A stretch of DNA of 64,000 bases, from positions 288,001-352,000 of the forward strand of contig CAVOID010000003.1 in NCBI GenBank assembly GCA_963695875.1, in the 5' to 3' direction. The position numbers and the translations under genes are program-made. Positions 24,575 through 34,281 of the stretch are shown here, piece by piece. This stretch comes from an uncultured delta proteobacterium. GTDB lineage: Bacteria > Desulfobacterota > Syntrophia > Syntrophales > UBA2185. The first letter of the stretch is position 1; each line of letters starts with the position of its first letter. The notes beneath the pieces are model-generated. The model worked only from the letters and a program-made list of their open reading frames with translations, was not told the DNA's origin and made no database searches.

Positions 24575-25468
24575 CTAGAAATTAAGATCCGTCCGCGGCT
24601 TCTTCTCGCCGGATGTATAGTCGTACCAGCCCTTGCCGGTTTTGCGGCCCAGGTCACCGGAAGCCACCATTTTTTTCAGAATCAGAGAGGGCGCCCATTT
24701 CGGGTCTTTAAAGTTTTCCCACAGGGTCTCCGCCACGGCCAGGCCGATCTCCAGGCCGACAAAGTCACCCAGTTCGAACGGACCCATCGGGTGGTTAAGA
24801 CCGAATTTCATGGCCTTGTCGATGTCTTCAATGGTTGCGACGCCTTCCGCAAGGCATCTGTAGACCTCATTACGAAGGGCGGCATTAACCCTGTTGACCA
24901 GAAAGCCAGGTCCGTCTTTTACGTAAACCGGAACTTTGCCGAACTTTTCGGCCAATTCCTTGATTGTCGCGGCGGTTTCTTCCGAGGTTTTCAAACCCCT
25001 GATCACCTCGACCAGCTTCATGACCGGAACGGGGCTGAAGAAATGCATACCGGCAAATCTTGCCGACCGCTTGGTAGAAGCGGCCAGCTCGGTGATCGGG
25101 ATAGAGGAAGTGTTGCTGGCGAATATGACCTCCGGCGGGCAGAGTTCGTCCAGTTTTCTGAAGAGCTCTGTTTTGGCCTGCTTGTTTTCGAATATGGCTT
25201 CGATTACGACGTCGCAGTCCCTGGCCGATGCTAGATCGACAGTCGGTGTGATTCTGATCAGCGTGGATTTTTTTTCTTCCTCGCTGAGTTTTCCTTTAGC
25301 AACGCTGTTCCGGAGATTTTTCTCTATTGTTGCCAGGCCCTTCCGGACAAATTCATCCGTAGTATCATGCATGGTCACCGTGAAACCTGCGACTGCCGCA
25401 ACCTGGGTGATTCCGGACCCCATGAAACCTGAACCTACGACCATGACCTTCTTTATAACCATTTTCAT
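24575..25468 (-). CDS. 3-hydroxyacyl(butyryl)-CoA dehydrogenase
   Basis: GSGFMGSG, EAIFE, SNTSS, GMHFFSP, PGFLVNR, HPMGPF, GRKTGKGWY. Confidence 0.95.
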   Translation of the reverse strand: MKMVIKKVMVVGSGFMGSGITQVAAVAGFTVTMHDTTDEFVRKGLATIEKNLRNSVAKGKLSEEEKKSTLIRITPTVDLASARDCDVVIEAIFENKQAKTELFRKLDELCPPEVIFASNTSSIPITELAASTKRSARFAGMHFFSPVPVMKLVEVIRGLKTSEETAATIKELAEKFGKVPVYVKDGPGFLVNRVNAALRNEVYRCLAEGVATIEDIDKAMKFGLNHPMGPFELGDFVGLEIGLAVAETLWENFKDPKWAPSLILKKMVASGDLGRKTGKGWYDYTSGEKKPRTDLNF

Positions 25469-25545
25469 CATCCCTCCGTTCCTGGCATCACTTTGAATGA
25501 AGTGCCGGACAAAACGCAAGCCCCTTTATTTTGCATACATCTTCC

Positions 25546-27173
25546 TTATCTCCACTTTATTGATCTTTCCCACACTGGTTCGGGGAATGGCATCGACGAA
25601 CTCGTAGCGATCGGGAATGCCGTATTTCGGGAGCTTTCCTTCATCGGAACATCTTCTTCAAGTATTCTTTCATCTCCTCGCCAGTCACCTTGCCTTTGAA
25701 TTCCGCTTTCAGGGTGAGAACCACCAGCGGTCTTTCCCCCCACTTCGGGTCCGGCACGCCGATCACGGCGGCCTCGGAAACTGCGGGATGCATGCTGACG
25801 AGGTTCTCCAAGTCGATGGAAGAAACCCATTCTCCTCCTGTTTTGATGACGTCTTTCAGGCGGTCTGTGATCTGAACATATCCCTGGTCGTCAATGTATG
25901 CCACATCACCGCTGTGGAGCCAGCCGTCCCTCCAGAGGTCTTTCGATTTCTCAGGGTCCTTATAATAAGATTGTGTCAGCCACGGCGCCCTCATCACCAG
26001 TTCTCCCGTAGTCTTTCCATCGTTGGGGAGGGGCTTTCCCGCAGTATCGACAATCTGCACTTCCACCAGGGGCGCAGGAAGACCAGTCTTGACAAAGATG
26101 TCGAGCTTCTTGTCTTCATCCAAATTCAACATAGTGCTTTTGAGACTGGCTCCTGAGATGAGCGGACAGGTCTCCGACATCCCGTAAGCGGAATAAATCT
26201 GTATCCCGAGTTCCATGGCCGCCTTAGCCAATGCCTTGGGCAGGGCCGCCCCGCCGATGACCACTTTCCACTTTGAAAGATCCAGTTTTTTCGCAATAGG
26301 ATTTGTAACAAGCATATGTATAATCGTAGGAATGCAGTGAGAGAAGGTGACTTTCTCACCAATAATGAGTTTCAGCAGGACCTCCGGTTCGTAGCGTCCC
26401 GGATAAACCTGTTTTACCCCCAGCATGGTAGCCAGATAAGGTACGCCCCAGGCGTGGACATGAAACATCGGTGTGAGAGGCATATAGACGTCATCTGATC
26501 TGAACCGTCCCGTCGTCTCGTAAGCACCAACATTTACGCCCATTGCCAGTGTATGCAGAACAAGCTGGCGATGGGTGAAGTGGACCCCTTTGGGATCACC
26601 CGTGGTTCCTGTGGTGTAAAAAATCGTTGCCCGAGTGTTTTCATCGAGATCGGCAAAATCATAGGACGCCGACGCTGCTTGCAGCATTTCCTCGTATTCG
26701 GCATCGATCCTTGCTTTTGTTTCCGGCTTTTTCCCGTCATCCGTCAAAAGAATGACTTTTTTCACCGTCTTGAGGTGACCCTGGATTGCCTCCAGGAGCG
26801 GGAGAAAGTCCTGACTGACGAGGATGACCGAATCTTCGGCATGGTTGATCGTATAGATCAGTTGCGCCGGAGAGAGCCGCCAATTGAGGGTATGTATGAC
26901 CGCACCCATCATGGGAATCGCAAAAAAACATTCCAGGTACCGGTGGCTGTCAAAATCCAGTACGCCGATGACATCACCCTTGCCAACCCCCAGGGCAGCA
27001 AGTCCGTTAGCCAATCGATGAACTCGCTTATGCATGTCTTCATAACGATACCGGACCTTATCCCGATAGACGATTTCCTGGTTCTGTCCGTAGATGACAC
27101 CCGTGGCCAGAATTTTCTTGATGATCAGAGGATACTCATAGCTTTCTCCAGGTTTGTAAATCTTTGCCTCCAT
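25546..27173 (-). CDS. AMP-forming fatty-acid--CoA ligase (frameshift near 25650)
   Basis: [52 protein letters not shown]. Confidence 0.93.
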
Positions 27174-27294
27174 AATAGTCCTCCTTTGAACTTGTTAATG
27201 TTGTAATATGAAGCTTTGTTCCCTGACAACGCGTTGAGACAAAAGTTTACTGAGTAAGGTGATTAAATGTTGCTGAGCATCAAGCAACTGTGTG

Positions 27295-27312
27295 ATAACG
27301 AGCGTTCGTTAT
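27295..27312. promoter_or_regulatory. Palindromic candidate TetR operator in divergent promoter region
   Basis: ATAACGAGCGTTCGTTAT near-perfect dyad between the ligase operon and the TetR gene. Confidence 0.6.
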
Positions 27313-27520
27313 TCACGAACTCTTAAATCAAGACATGATTAATGTCAACCCCTTTTTTTAATTGAGAGTTTTCATGTCATCTCTTTAAGGAAAACATTTT
27401 CGGAGCTTGACTTCTTCATTTACCTTGATATATTTCTACCCGAATTAAAGCTATAGAACATTGAATGGTCGGGTCCCCCCGAAGCTGCGATGATAAAGAG
27501 ATATCAATGGGCGGTGAAAA

Positions 27521-28132
27521 ATGAGCAAATCAATCAAGACTCAAATTAAAGACCCGGCACTCATCCGGCAGAAGCACCTTCAAATAGCAAAAATAGCAAG
27601 CAAGCTTTTCATTAAAAAAGGGTATGCAAATACAAGCATGCGGGAGATATCTAAAGCCACCGGGATTACCATAGGAAACCTATACGATTACATAACCAAA
27701 AAGGAAGACGTTCTTTATCTGGTTTTCGATGCATTCTACAGCACATGGACTAAGAATCTGGATAAGCACGGCGTTTTTACCATTGATGATCCGCTTGAAC
27801 AACTGCGCACCGCTCTCCGCAAGATGTTGGAACTCGTGCACGACTATCGAGATATGGCCCTCCTGATGTATCGCGAGAGTAAACATTTGCCAAAAAAGAT
27901 TCTTAAGGAAATTTTACACAAGGAAACAGGGTTTGTTGAATGCTTTGAGACGATTTTGAAAAGAGGTGTCGAAAAGAAGGTATTCAATGTAAAAGACCCG
28001 TCTTTTGCAGCAAATATGATTGCCTATCAGATTGCTTTTGAGGCTTTGCGGGGGTGGAATCTGAGGAAGAAATATACTGATCAGGAGATTATGGATAACA
28101 TCGAGGAGATAGTCTTAAAATCAGTTTTATGA
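27521..28132 (+). CDS. TetR/AcrR-family regulator
   Basis: LFIKKGYANTSMREISKATGITIGNLYDYITKKEDVL HTH. Confidence 0.93.
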   Translation: MSKSIKTQIKDPALIRQKHLQIAKIASKLFIKKGYANTSMREISKATGITIGNLYDYITKKEDVLYLVFDAFYSTWTKNLDKHGVFTIDDPLEQLRTALRKMLELVHDYRDMALLMYRESKHLPKKILKEILHKETGFVECFETILKRGVEKKVFNVKDPSFAANMIAYQIAFEALRGWNLRKKYTDQEIMDNIEEIVLKSVL

Positions 28133-28249
28133 AGCAAACTGTAACGGAGTAAGTTCGGTGGTTTTTATGAGTCTGTCTATGCATTCGCAGAGTGTCTTCC
28201 CTGTGATCTTTCCTCAGATATTGTGCCACATGAATTTGTGGAACAGGCG

Positions 28250-30343
28250 TTATCTCAAGACAATTGTGGCGTCAACGGCAACCATGGCGCCGTTTTCAGT
28301 GACAATCAGTGGGTTTATATCAATTTCTTGAATCCGGGGATACTGAATGCCGATATCGCCGAGGAGAATAAGTATTCGAGCTAGTTCTTCCCTGTTGACC
28401 GGCGGCTCTCCCCGGAAACCATCGAATATCTTCTGTCCCCGCAGGCGCTTGATAAGCCCCAGAGCATCCTCAATGCTCAATGGGGCCGGAGCAAAAACCG
28501 CATCACTTAATATCTCCGCCATGATACCTCCAAGCCCTAACATGACACAGGGACCAAACTGGATGTCTCGCAAAAGCCCCACTATCAGCTCGATTTTTCC
28601 TTTCACCTGCCTGTAGACAATGATCTTGCCATGGCCGTTCATCTTCTCCATTAAGGTTTCAAATGAGCGTCGAGCAGCATCTATGCCGGTGATGTTCAGG
28701 TGAACCAGGCCAACTTCTGTTTTATGCAGGGTGCCTTTTTGCAGACCCTTCATAACCACGGGGAAGCCTAGTCTCATGACGATTCGTTCACACTGAGCTG
28801 CGTCGGCTACCAGCTCCTCTTCGACGATCGGAATGCCACACGCCTTGAGAATGCGTTTGGAGACGTGCTCATCCAGAGGTCCAACAGCTTTTTTAAGTAC
28901 GTCACGGAGCTCACCAGAAAGTGCCGCAGTTTTCGCCCTCTTCGGCAGGGGGGTAGTGATTTCAGAGCGTATTGGGCGATGGAAGATGGCAGCCAAACAT
29001 TCCACGGCGCGTGATACTTCACGGAAGACGGGAATACCAAAGGACAGGGCCTCTGTCATAAAATTAAAAATCTCTTCGCGTCCACCCAGCAGCCATATGA
29101 ATGCCGGCTTGCCGGCGGCCCGGGTTTGCTCCGCCAGGTCTGCGACATTGAGTCCAATCCGGAAATTTCCGGCATAGGTGTGCAAAAATACAGCATCAAC
29201 ATTGGGGTCATCGAGCACAGCTGAAAGTGCCATACTGTATACATCAATGTCGCCTCCGCCATGCTTTTCAATAGATGGCCAGAGATCCACAGGGTTTGAA
29301 ACAGGCATCCAGTCGGGGAAAAGCCGTCCTAAAGCATCCTTTGTTGCGGGAGAAAGTTCAGCTACGGACAGTCCGTGTTCTTCGATGAAATCTGCTGAGA
29401 TGATACCTGATCCGCCGCTGAATGTAAGAATGGCAATACGGCCCCGTCGACCAAGGGGTCTGGATACAGCAGCCAAAGACCGGCAGAGATCTATCATCTG
29501 GTGAAAGTCTCTAGCCTCGGTGATACCGACCTGGGCCAGGGCACCTGAGATGATTTTATGATTTCCCGCCAGTGATGCCGTGTGGCTCATTGCCGCTTCG
29601 GCTCCTTTTTTGCTCTTTCCCCCGTGAAGGACGACGATGGGCTTTTCGCTTTGCCGGCACAGGTCAATAAAGAGTCTTCCATCAGAAAAAGACTCCAGGT
29701 AAAGCCCAATGACCTCAGTATTCGTGTCCTTTAACAGGTAAGCCAACAAATCGCATTCATTCACATCCATTTTATTGCCTATTGAGCACACCTTACTGAT
29801 ACCCGTAATATGATGAGTCATTATATCGGTAAGGAAACCTGCAGAAAGCAATCCACTCTGGACCACAAGTGATACGCCGCCCGGAAGTAATCCATGCTGC
29901 AAAGCCAGCGGGTCCATGAAGGAAAAGGCGTAGCCGCTAACGGCGTCGACAAGCCCCATGCAATTGGGCCCCCAGAGGCGAATCCCGGTTTTCTTGGATA
30001 TATCTTTCAGTGATTGCTGCAGGGAACTGCCGTCCTGACCGGTTTCTGCAAAACCCCCTGATTCAATCATAACACCCCGTACCCCTTTGGCGGCGCATTC
30101 CTCTATAGTTGCCGGTACGAGCCTTGCCGGGACAAAGACAATAGCAAGGTCAACATGACCCGTGATGGAGTTGATGGACGGATAGCAGGGAAGTCCCTCA
30201 ATCTCCTGATAACGGGGATTTACGGGATATATATTCCCCGTATAGCCGGTCAACAGATTCTTTAGGATGGCATACCCACCCTTACGCTGGTTCGGCGTTG
30301 CGCCTACAACGGCAATTCCTTCCGGGTTAAAAAAGAAGTCCAT
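28250..30343 (-). CDS. ADP-forming acetate/acyl-CoA synthetase, fused alpha-beta
   Basis: IAVVGAT, GPNCMG, catalytic SHTASLAG, NPVD, LHKTEVG ATP-grasp, EIDINP. Confidence 0.9.
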   Translation of the reverse strand: MDFFFNPEGIAVVGATPNQRKGGYAILKNLLTGYTGNIYPVNPRYQEIEGLPCYPSINSITGHVDLAIVFVPARLVPATIEECAAKGVRGVMIESGGFAETGQDGSSLQQSLKDISKKTGIRLWGPNCMGLVDAVSGYAFSFMDPLALQHGLLPGGVSLVVQSGLLSAGFLTDIMTHHITGISKVCSIGNKMDVNECDLLAYLLKDTNTEVIGLYLESFSDGRLFIDLCRQSEKPIVVLHGGKSKKGAEAAMSHTASLAGNHKIISGALAQVGITEARDFHQMIDLCRSLAAVSRPLGRRGRIAILTFSGGSGIISADFIEEHGLSVAELSPATKDALGRLFPDWMPVSNPVDLWPSIEKHGGGDIDVYSMALSAVLDDPNVDAVFLHTYAGNFRIGLNVADLAEQTRAAGKPAFIWLLGGREEIFNFMTEALSFGIPVFREVSRAVECLAAIFHRPIRSEITTPLPKRAKTAALSGELRDVLKKAVGPLDEHVSKRILKACGIPIVEEELVADAAQCERIVMRLGFPVVMKGLQKGTLHKTEVGLVHLNITGIDAARRSFETLMEKMNGHGKIIVYRQVKGKIELIVGLLRDIQFGPCVMLGLGGIMAEILSDAVFAPAPLSIEDALGLIKRLRGQKIFDGFRGEPPVNREELARILILLGDIGIQYPRIQEIDINPLIVTENGAMVAVDATIVLR

Positions 30344-30677
30344 AAAAACCTCGTTCTATATTTACAATCCTTTTTCCTCTTTCCCTCGTGTGGTCCGTAA
30401 GCATAAACCGCCGGCATCAAGCAGCATCCTTACTTGTGTCTCCAGCAAGTTGATTTCTAACCCGCACTATAAGCTGTAACTAACATATTCCGTGTTTCCA
30501 CCTTTTGATATTTGTCAAGGGGAATAGTGGCGCATCCATGAATCAGCGGAGCGCTGATAACGAAAAAAGTCGGGAGGACAAGATTGTCTTTGCTTATACT
30601 GACCATTAAGGCGTTATGATAGCTTTACGGTATTTAAAAAATAATCTATCATATTGGCCATATTTATTTCAAGGCAT

Positions 30678-32660
30678 TCATATATCAACACGAACTGGCA
30701 ATATGACTGTTGTGATACCAATCCACTGCAGCCGCCGTTGTATGGCAAAAGCAGTTTCATTGTGGAGTATCTTCTGGAAAGGGTTCTCCTGACGAAAGAT
30801 CAGTTTTCCGGTGAATACAGTGGATCTCGGATATTCCTTTGCAAGAGACTCGCACAACTGCGTAGCAGTATCAGCCACGTCAGTTCCTATTCCCATTCTG
30901 TAATCAGCGGGGAATCCATAGGAACGTACAAGCTGAACGTATTTTGTCAGATCATTCTGTACAGATTCTTTTAAGGCATCTATTTCCGCTATACCTTTAA
31001 ACGATCCTGAATCTATTTCTCCCACACTCACAAAAATGAAATTTTTGTAGAGCTTGGGAAATTCCCGGACAACTGAAAGCCACACGTGGAGACCAAATCC
31101 GCTGAAACCCCTTACAAGCAGGATTGCTGTTGCCTCCTTCGGGTCTAATGGTTCATTATTGGGACGACTACCTTTGGGGAGTTCAGATAGAATCTCTTCC
31201 AGTTGACGGGCCCCTCGACGGACTTTCCTGTAGTGCCTCTGGATTAAATAACATATCCCGATTACTCCTGAGGTTATAAGGATAGTCACCCAGCCACCTT
31301 CATCGAACTTCTCATAAACGGTAATGAAAAGTATCGTAAGGCAGAGGACCAGGCCAACGATATGCACTGCGATGTGTCTTTTCCAGGCTTTATCCTTCTC
31401 CCTGTTTCGGAAGAAAAAACTTGCCATTCCATACTGGGACAGCGTGAAGGTTAGAAACACGTTGATGGAATACATAACAACAAGGGCAGAAACAGAACCA
31501 TTTGTATATAACAGCAGTAACAGGGCGGCACCACCCATAAGCAGGACACCATCCTGCATGGAGAGGCGTTCAGATAATGATGCAAAACGGCGAGGAAGCC
31601 AGGAGTCAATGGCCATGTTCGCCATTACGCTCGGCCCTCCTGCAAACCCGGACTGCGCGCCAACAATGAGGAGGGCTCCCTCGGAGAGAATTGTAATCAG
31701 AGCAATCCAGCCGCCGAGGGGCCAGTTACCGAAGGTAAGATCAGCAAGGACGGCATTCAAAGTTCTGCCCTCGACAGGCATTATCTGGAAGAGAGAATAG
31801 CAGAAAAGTAGACCTGCTGCGGTGATTGCGAGCGATGTAGCCAGGTATAACATTGTTCGCTTACCCGTCTGAACTTTCGGCTCACGCATGATCTGCATTG
31901 CATTGGAAACCGCTTCAATGCCCGTATAGGTTCCTCCGCCCAGAGAAAAAGCCCTGAGTGAGATCGCCAGCATGCCTATGTATCCGATTGATGAAATGTC
32001 CTGCCTGAAATTCCACTTGAATGTATCCGCAACTGGTCCGATCTGGTTCGCGTGGCTTAATAATCCGTAACCGATGAGCAGAATGTGGGTTACCACGAAG
32101 GTGATAAAAATAGGCGTGAGGACTGTTACAGACTCTTTCATTCCCCTCAAGTTCATGACAACAAGGAGGAGGATTAAAGAGACCACGAAGATCAGTTTGT
32201 ATTTGAGATAGACAGGGGGTAGAAAACTAAAGAGGGCATCGCCACAGGAAGCAAGAGATACTGTGATAGTCAATACATAATCGACGAGAAGGGCGCATCC
32301 GGATATAACGCCTGCATTTTTACCGATCATATGGGTGGAGACAATATATCCACCGCCTCCGTGGGGAAAATGCTCAATGATGCGGGTATAGGCGTAGGAG
32401 ATGATAAAGACTGTGAAAGCGGTTGCCAAGGCCAGGAAGACAGCAAGATAGCTGTGGGGACCCAGGGCCTTAAATGCCTCTTCCGGACCGTATGAGGAAG
32501 AAGACAGGCCGTCGGCTCCGAGGCCGATCCATGCGAGGACGGGGATGAGAGATATCTTGTGAAATATTGAAGGTTCGTGGATATCTCGAGGCGGGCCGAT
32601 TAATCTACGGCGGAACTTCGCAAAGATGTTTAATCTGTGCTCCGAATCATCAGAGTTCAT
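30678..32660 (-). CDS. APC-superfamily transporter, KimA(YdaO)-like putative K+ importer
   Basis: GADGLSSSSYGPEEA, GGGGYIVS, LLVDYVLTITVS, TGIEAVSN; 12 or so TM segments plus a soluble C-terminal domain. Confidence 0.75.
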   Translation of the reverse strand: MNSDDSEHRLNIFAKFRRRLIGPPRDIHEPSIFHKISLIPVLAWIGLGADGLSSSSYGPEEAFKALGPHSYLAVFLALATAFTVFIISYAYTRIIEHFPHGGGGYIVSTHMIGKNAGVISGCALLVDYVLTITVSLASCGDALFSFLPPVYLKYKLIFVVSLILLLVVMNLRGMKESVTVLTPIFITFVVTHILLIGYGLLSHANQIGPVADTFKWNFRQDISSIGYIGMLAISLRAFSLGGGTYTGIEAVSNAMQIMREPKVQTGKRTMLYLATSLAITAAGLLFCYSLFQIMPVEGRTLNAVLADLTFGNWPLGGWIALITILSEGALLIVGAQSGFAGGPSVMANMAIDSWLPRRFASLSERLSMQDGVLLMGGAALLLLLYTNGSVSALVVMYSINVFLTFTLSQYGMASFFFRNREKDKAWKRHIAVHIVGLVLCLTILFITVYEKFDEGGWVTILITSGVIGICYLIQRHYRKVRRGARQLEEILSELPKGSRPNNEPLDPKEATAILLVRGFSGFGLHVWLSVVREFPKLYKNFIFVSVGEIDSGSFKGIAEIDALKESVQNDLTKYVQLVRSYGFPADYRMGIGTDVADTATQLCESLAKEYPRSTVFTGKLIFRQENPFQKILHNETAFAIQRRLQWIGITTVILPVRVDI

Positions 32661-32725
32661 AAAGTTAGATACGTGCCGTAGGTTTATTTCCTCAGGTTTA
32701 TAATCCTGGTATAGGGTAAAACTCT

Positions 32726-32962
32726 TTACGCTATAGGGTTTTCTATATGAATACCCTCACCGACCTGGCCGCAAAGGAAACCGTGCTTTCCATTGAGGTG
32801 TGTACCCTGTTCATCATATATTCTGATTGAAAAATCTTCGGTGAGTACCTTGAGATTAAGTGTTTTGCCATCTGCGATTGTTATCTGTATCGGCTTGCAA
32901 TGCGTGGGAAGATTATCAGTATCACTGTCCTTAAAGGACAGTTCGATGTTTTCCGGGTTCAA
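32726..32962 (-). CDS. Small hypothetical protein (5' end uncertain, possible frameshift)
   Basis: Protein-like composition, co-oriented directly upstream of the transporter. Confidence 0.45.
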   Translation of the reverse strand: MNPENIELSFKDSDTDNLPTHCKPIQITIADGKTLNLKVLTEDFSIRIYDEQGTHLNGKHGFLCGQVGEGIHIENPIA

Positions 32963-33189
32963 TTGTTAGTGTGGCGGTTTGCAGTGAAAATACCCCTCCA
33001 CTTTCATTTCCATTGAAAAGAATAGTGTAGTTAAAATGCCGGCTGATATTTGTTATCGTTAATTTGGAAGCCATTGGTGAGTATTATAAAATGGGCCGCA
33101 GATGGTGTCAAATGAAAATGGGGTGAGTATGCCATCCAATCGGTATGTTTGCACTTTGTCAGTTATCAGAATGATCCTGGATATCAGAT

Positions 33190-33562
33190 TCAATATCCCA
33201 GAAGCACCTGCCGTACCATCTTTAGCAGATCTTCACCTTTGAAAGGTTTGGCAAGGAAATATTGACCACCGACAATGTGGCTTGCAGGCACCTCGCTTGA
33301 CTTAACGGCACCTGTAAGAAAAATGATGGGAATCTTACATGTAACAGGGTCATCTTTTATTTCCTCCGCAACGCTGGACCCGTCCATGTCCGGCATTATT
33401 ATGTCCAGTATGACGGCGTCGGGTTTCAGCAGTTTACATTTTTGCAATCCTTCCTTGCCAGTGTGAGCAGTATAAACTTCATAACCACTTAGTCTTGAGC
33501 CAAGATTCCACTATTTCAACTACGTCAGGATCGTCATCAACAACAAGAATTCTTTTTTCCAT
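33190..33562 (-). CDS. Stand-alone response regulator receiver protein (frameshift near 33490)
   Basis: GAGGAGG RBS; MEKRILVVDDDPDV, PDAVILDIIMPDMDG, IPIIFLTG, AKPF. Confidence 0.85.
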
Positions 33563-34281
33563 AACGCCTCCTCATTGATATTTAATGACCATGAATCCTG
33601 TAACGAACGCACTCCTCGTGGCTTACTGTGTGGTAAATGGGCTAACGTTTAATGTTAATATCCTTTAAGGATCGTATTTTCTCCGCACTTTACTACGGAG
33701 ATCTTCAATATCAGATTAGGTATTATTGGAATCTCTAACTTCTTAAAATGGTTAAAATGATTATATGAGATTGCAGAGTGTTGTCAAGTTTATATTTACA
33801 TTGACAGATTCCGTTTTTATGAACTCAGAAAGAAATGATAAAAATATTGACAAAGCATAATAGGCCATGTTAACTCGCATCGAATATTATTGGCTTGGAT
33901 TCTTTTTGGATTGTTGGCGGTTATTATTTGTGCAAGATAAAATGATGGATTGTGTAAAGATGATTTTAAATGAAAAGGGAATCCTGAATGCCAGTAATAC
34001 CCTATAGAGCCGGATTTTGTAATACTGAAGCTTGGCCAGTTTAGCTGGAAAAGCATAGTAAGTTTTTACGTTTGATTTTATGCCAGCCTGTGGTTCAATA
34101 CTGAATCGCATTGAACATATTTGGAACATTTTTATTGTTTCTGAACCTGAAATCAATACTTTGAAACGCTTGACGACTAGCGAAAGACCGTAATGTCAGA
34201 GATTTCTTAATGTGTGGTTCTAGTCATGACCATTACGAGGTTCTTCGCAATTATATAATGTCATATATTAAAGGAGAAGAG

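Noticed and set aside
33600..34260. Short ORFs or riboswitch in the AT-rich spacer upstream of hppA
   Set aside because: No RBS-supported protein-like ORF and no recognisable aptamer motif; likely divergent promoter DNA.
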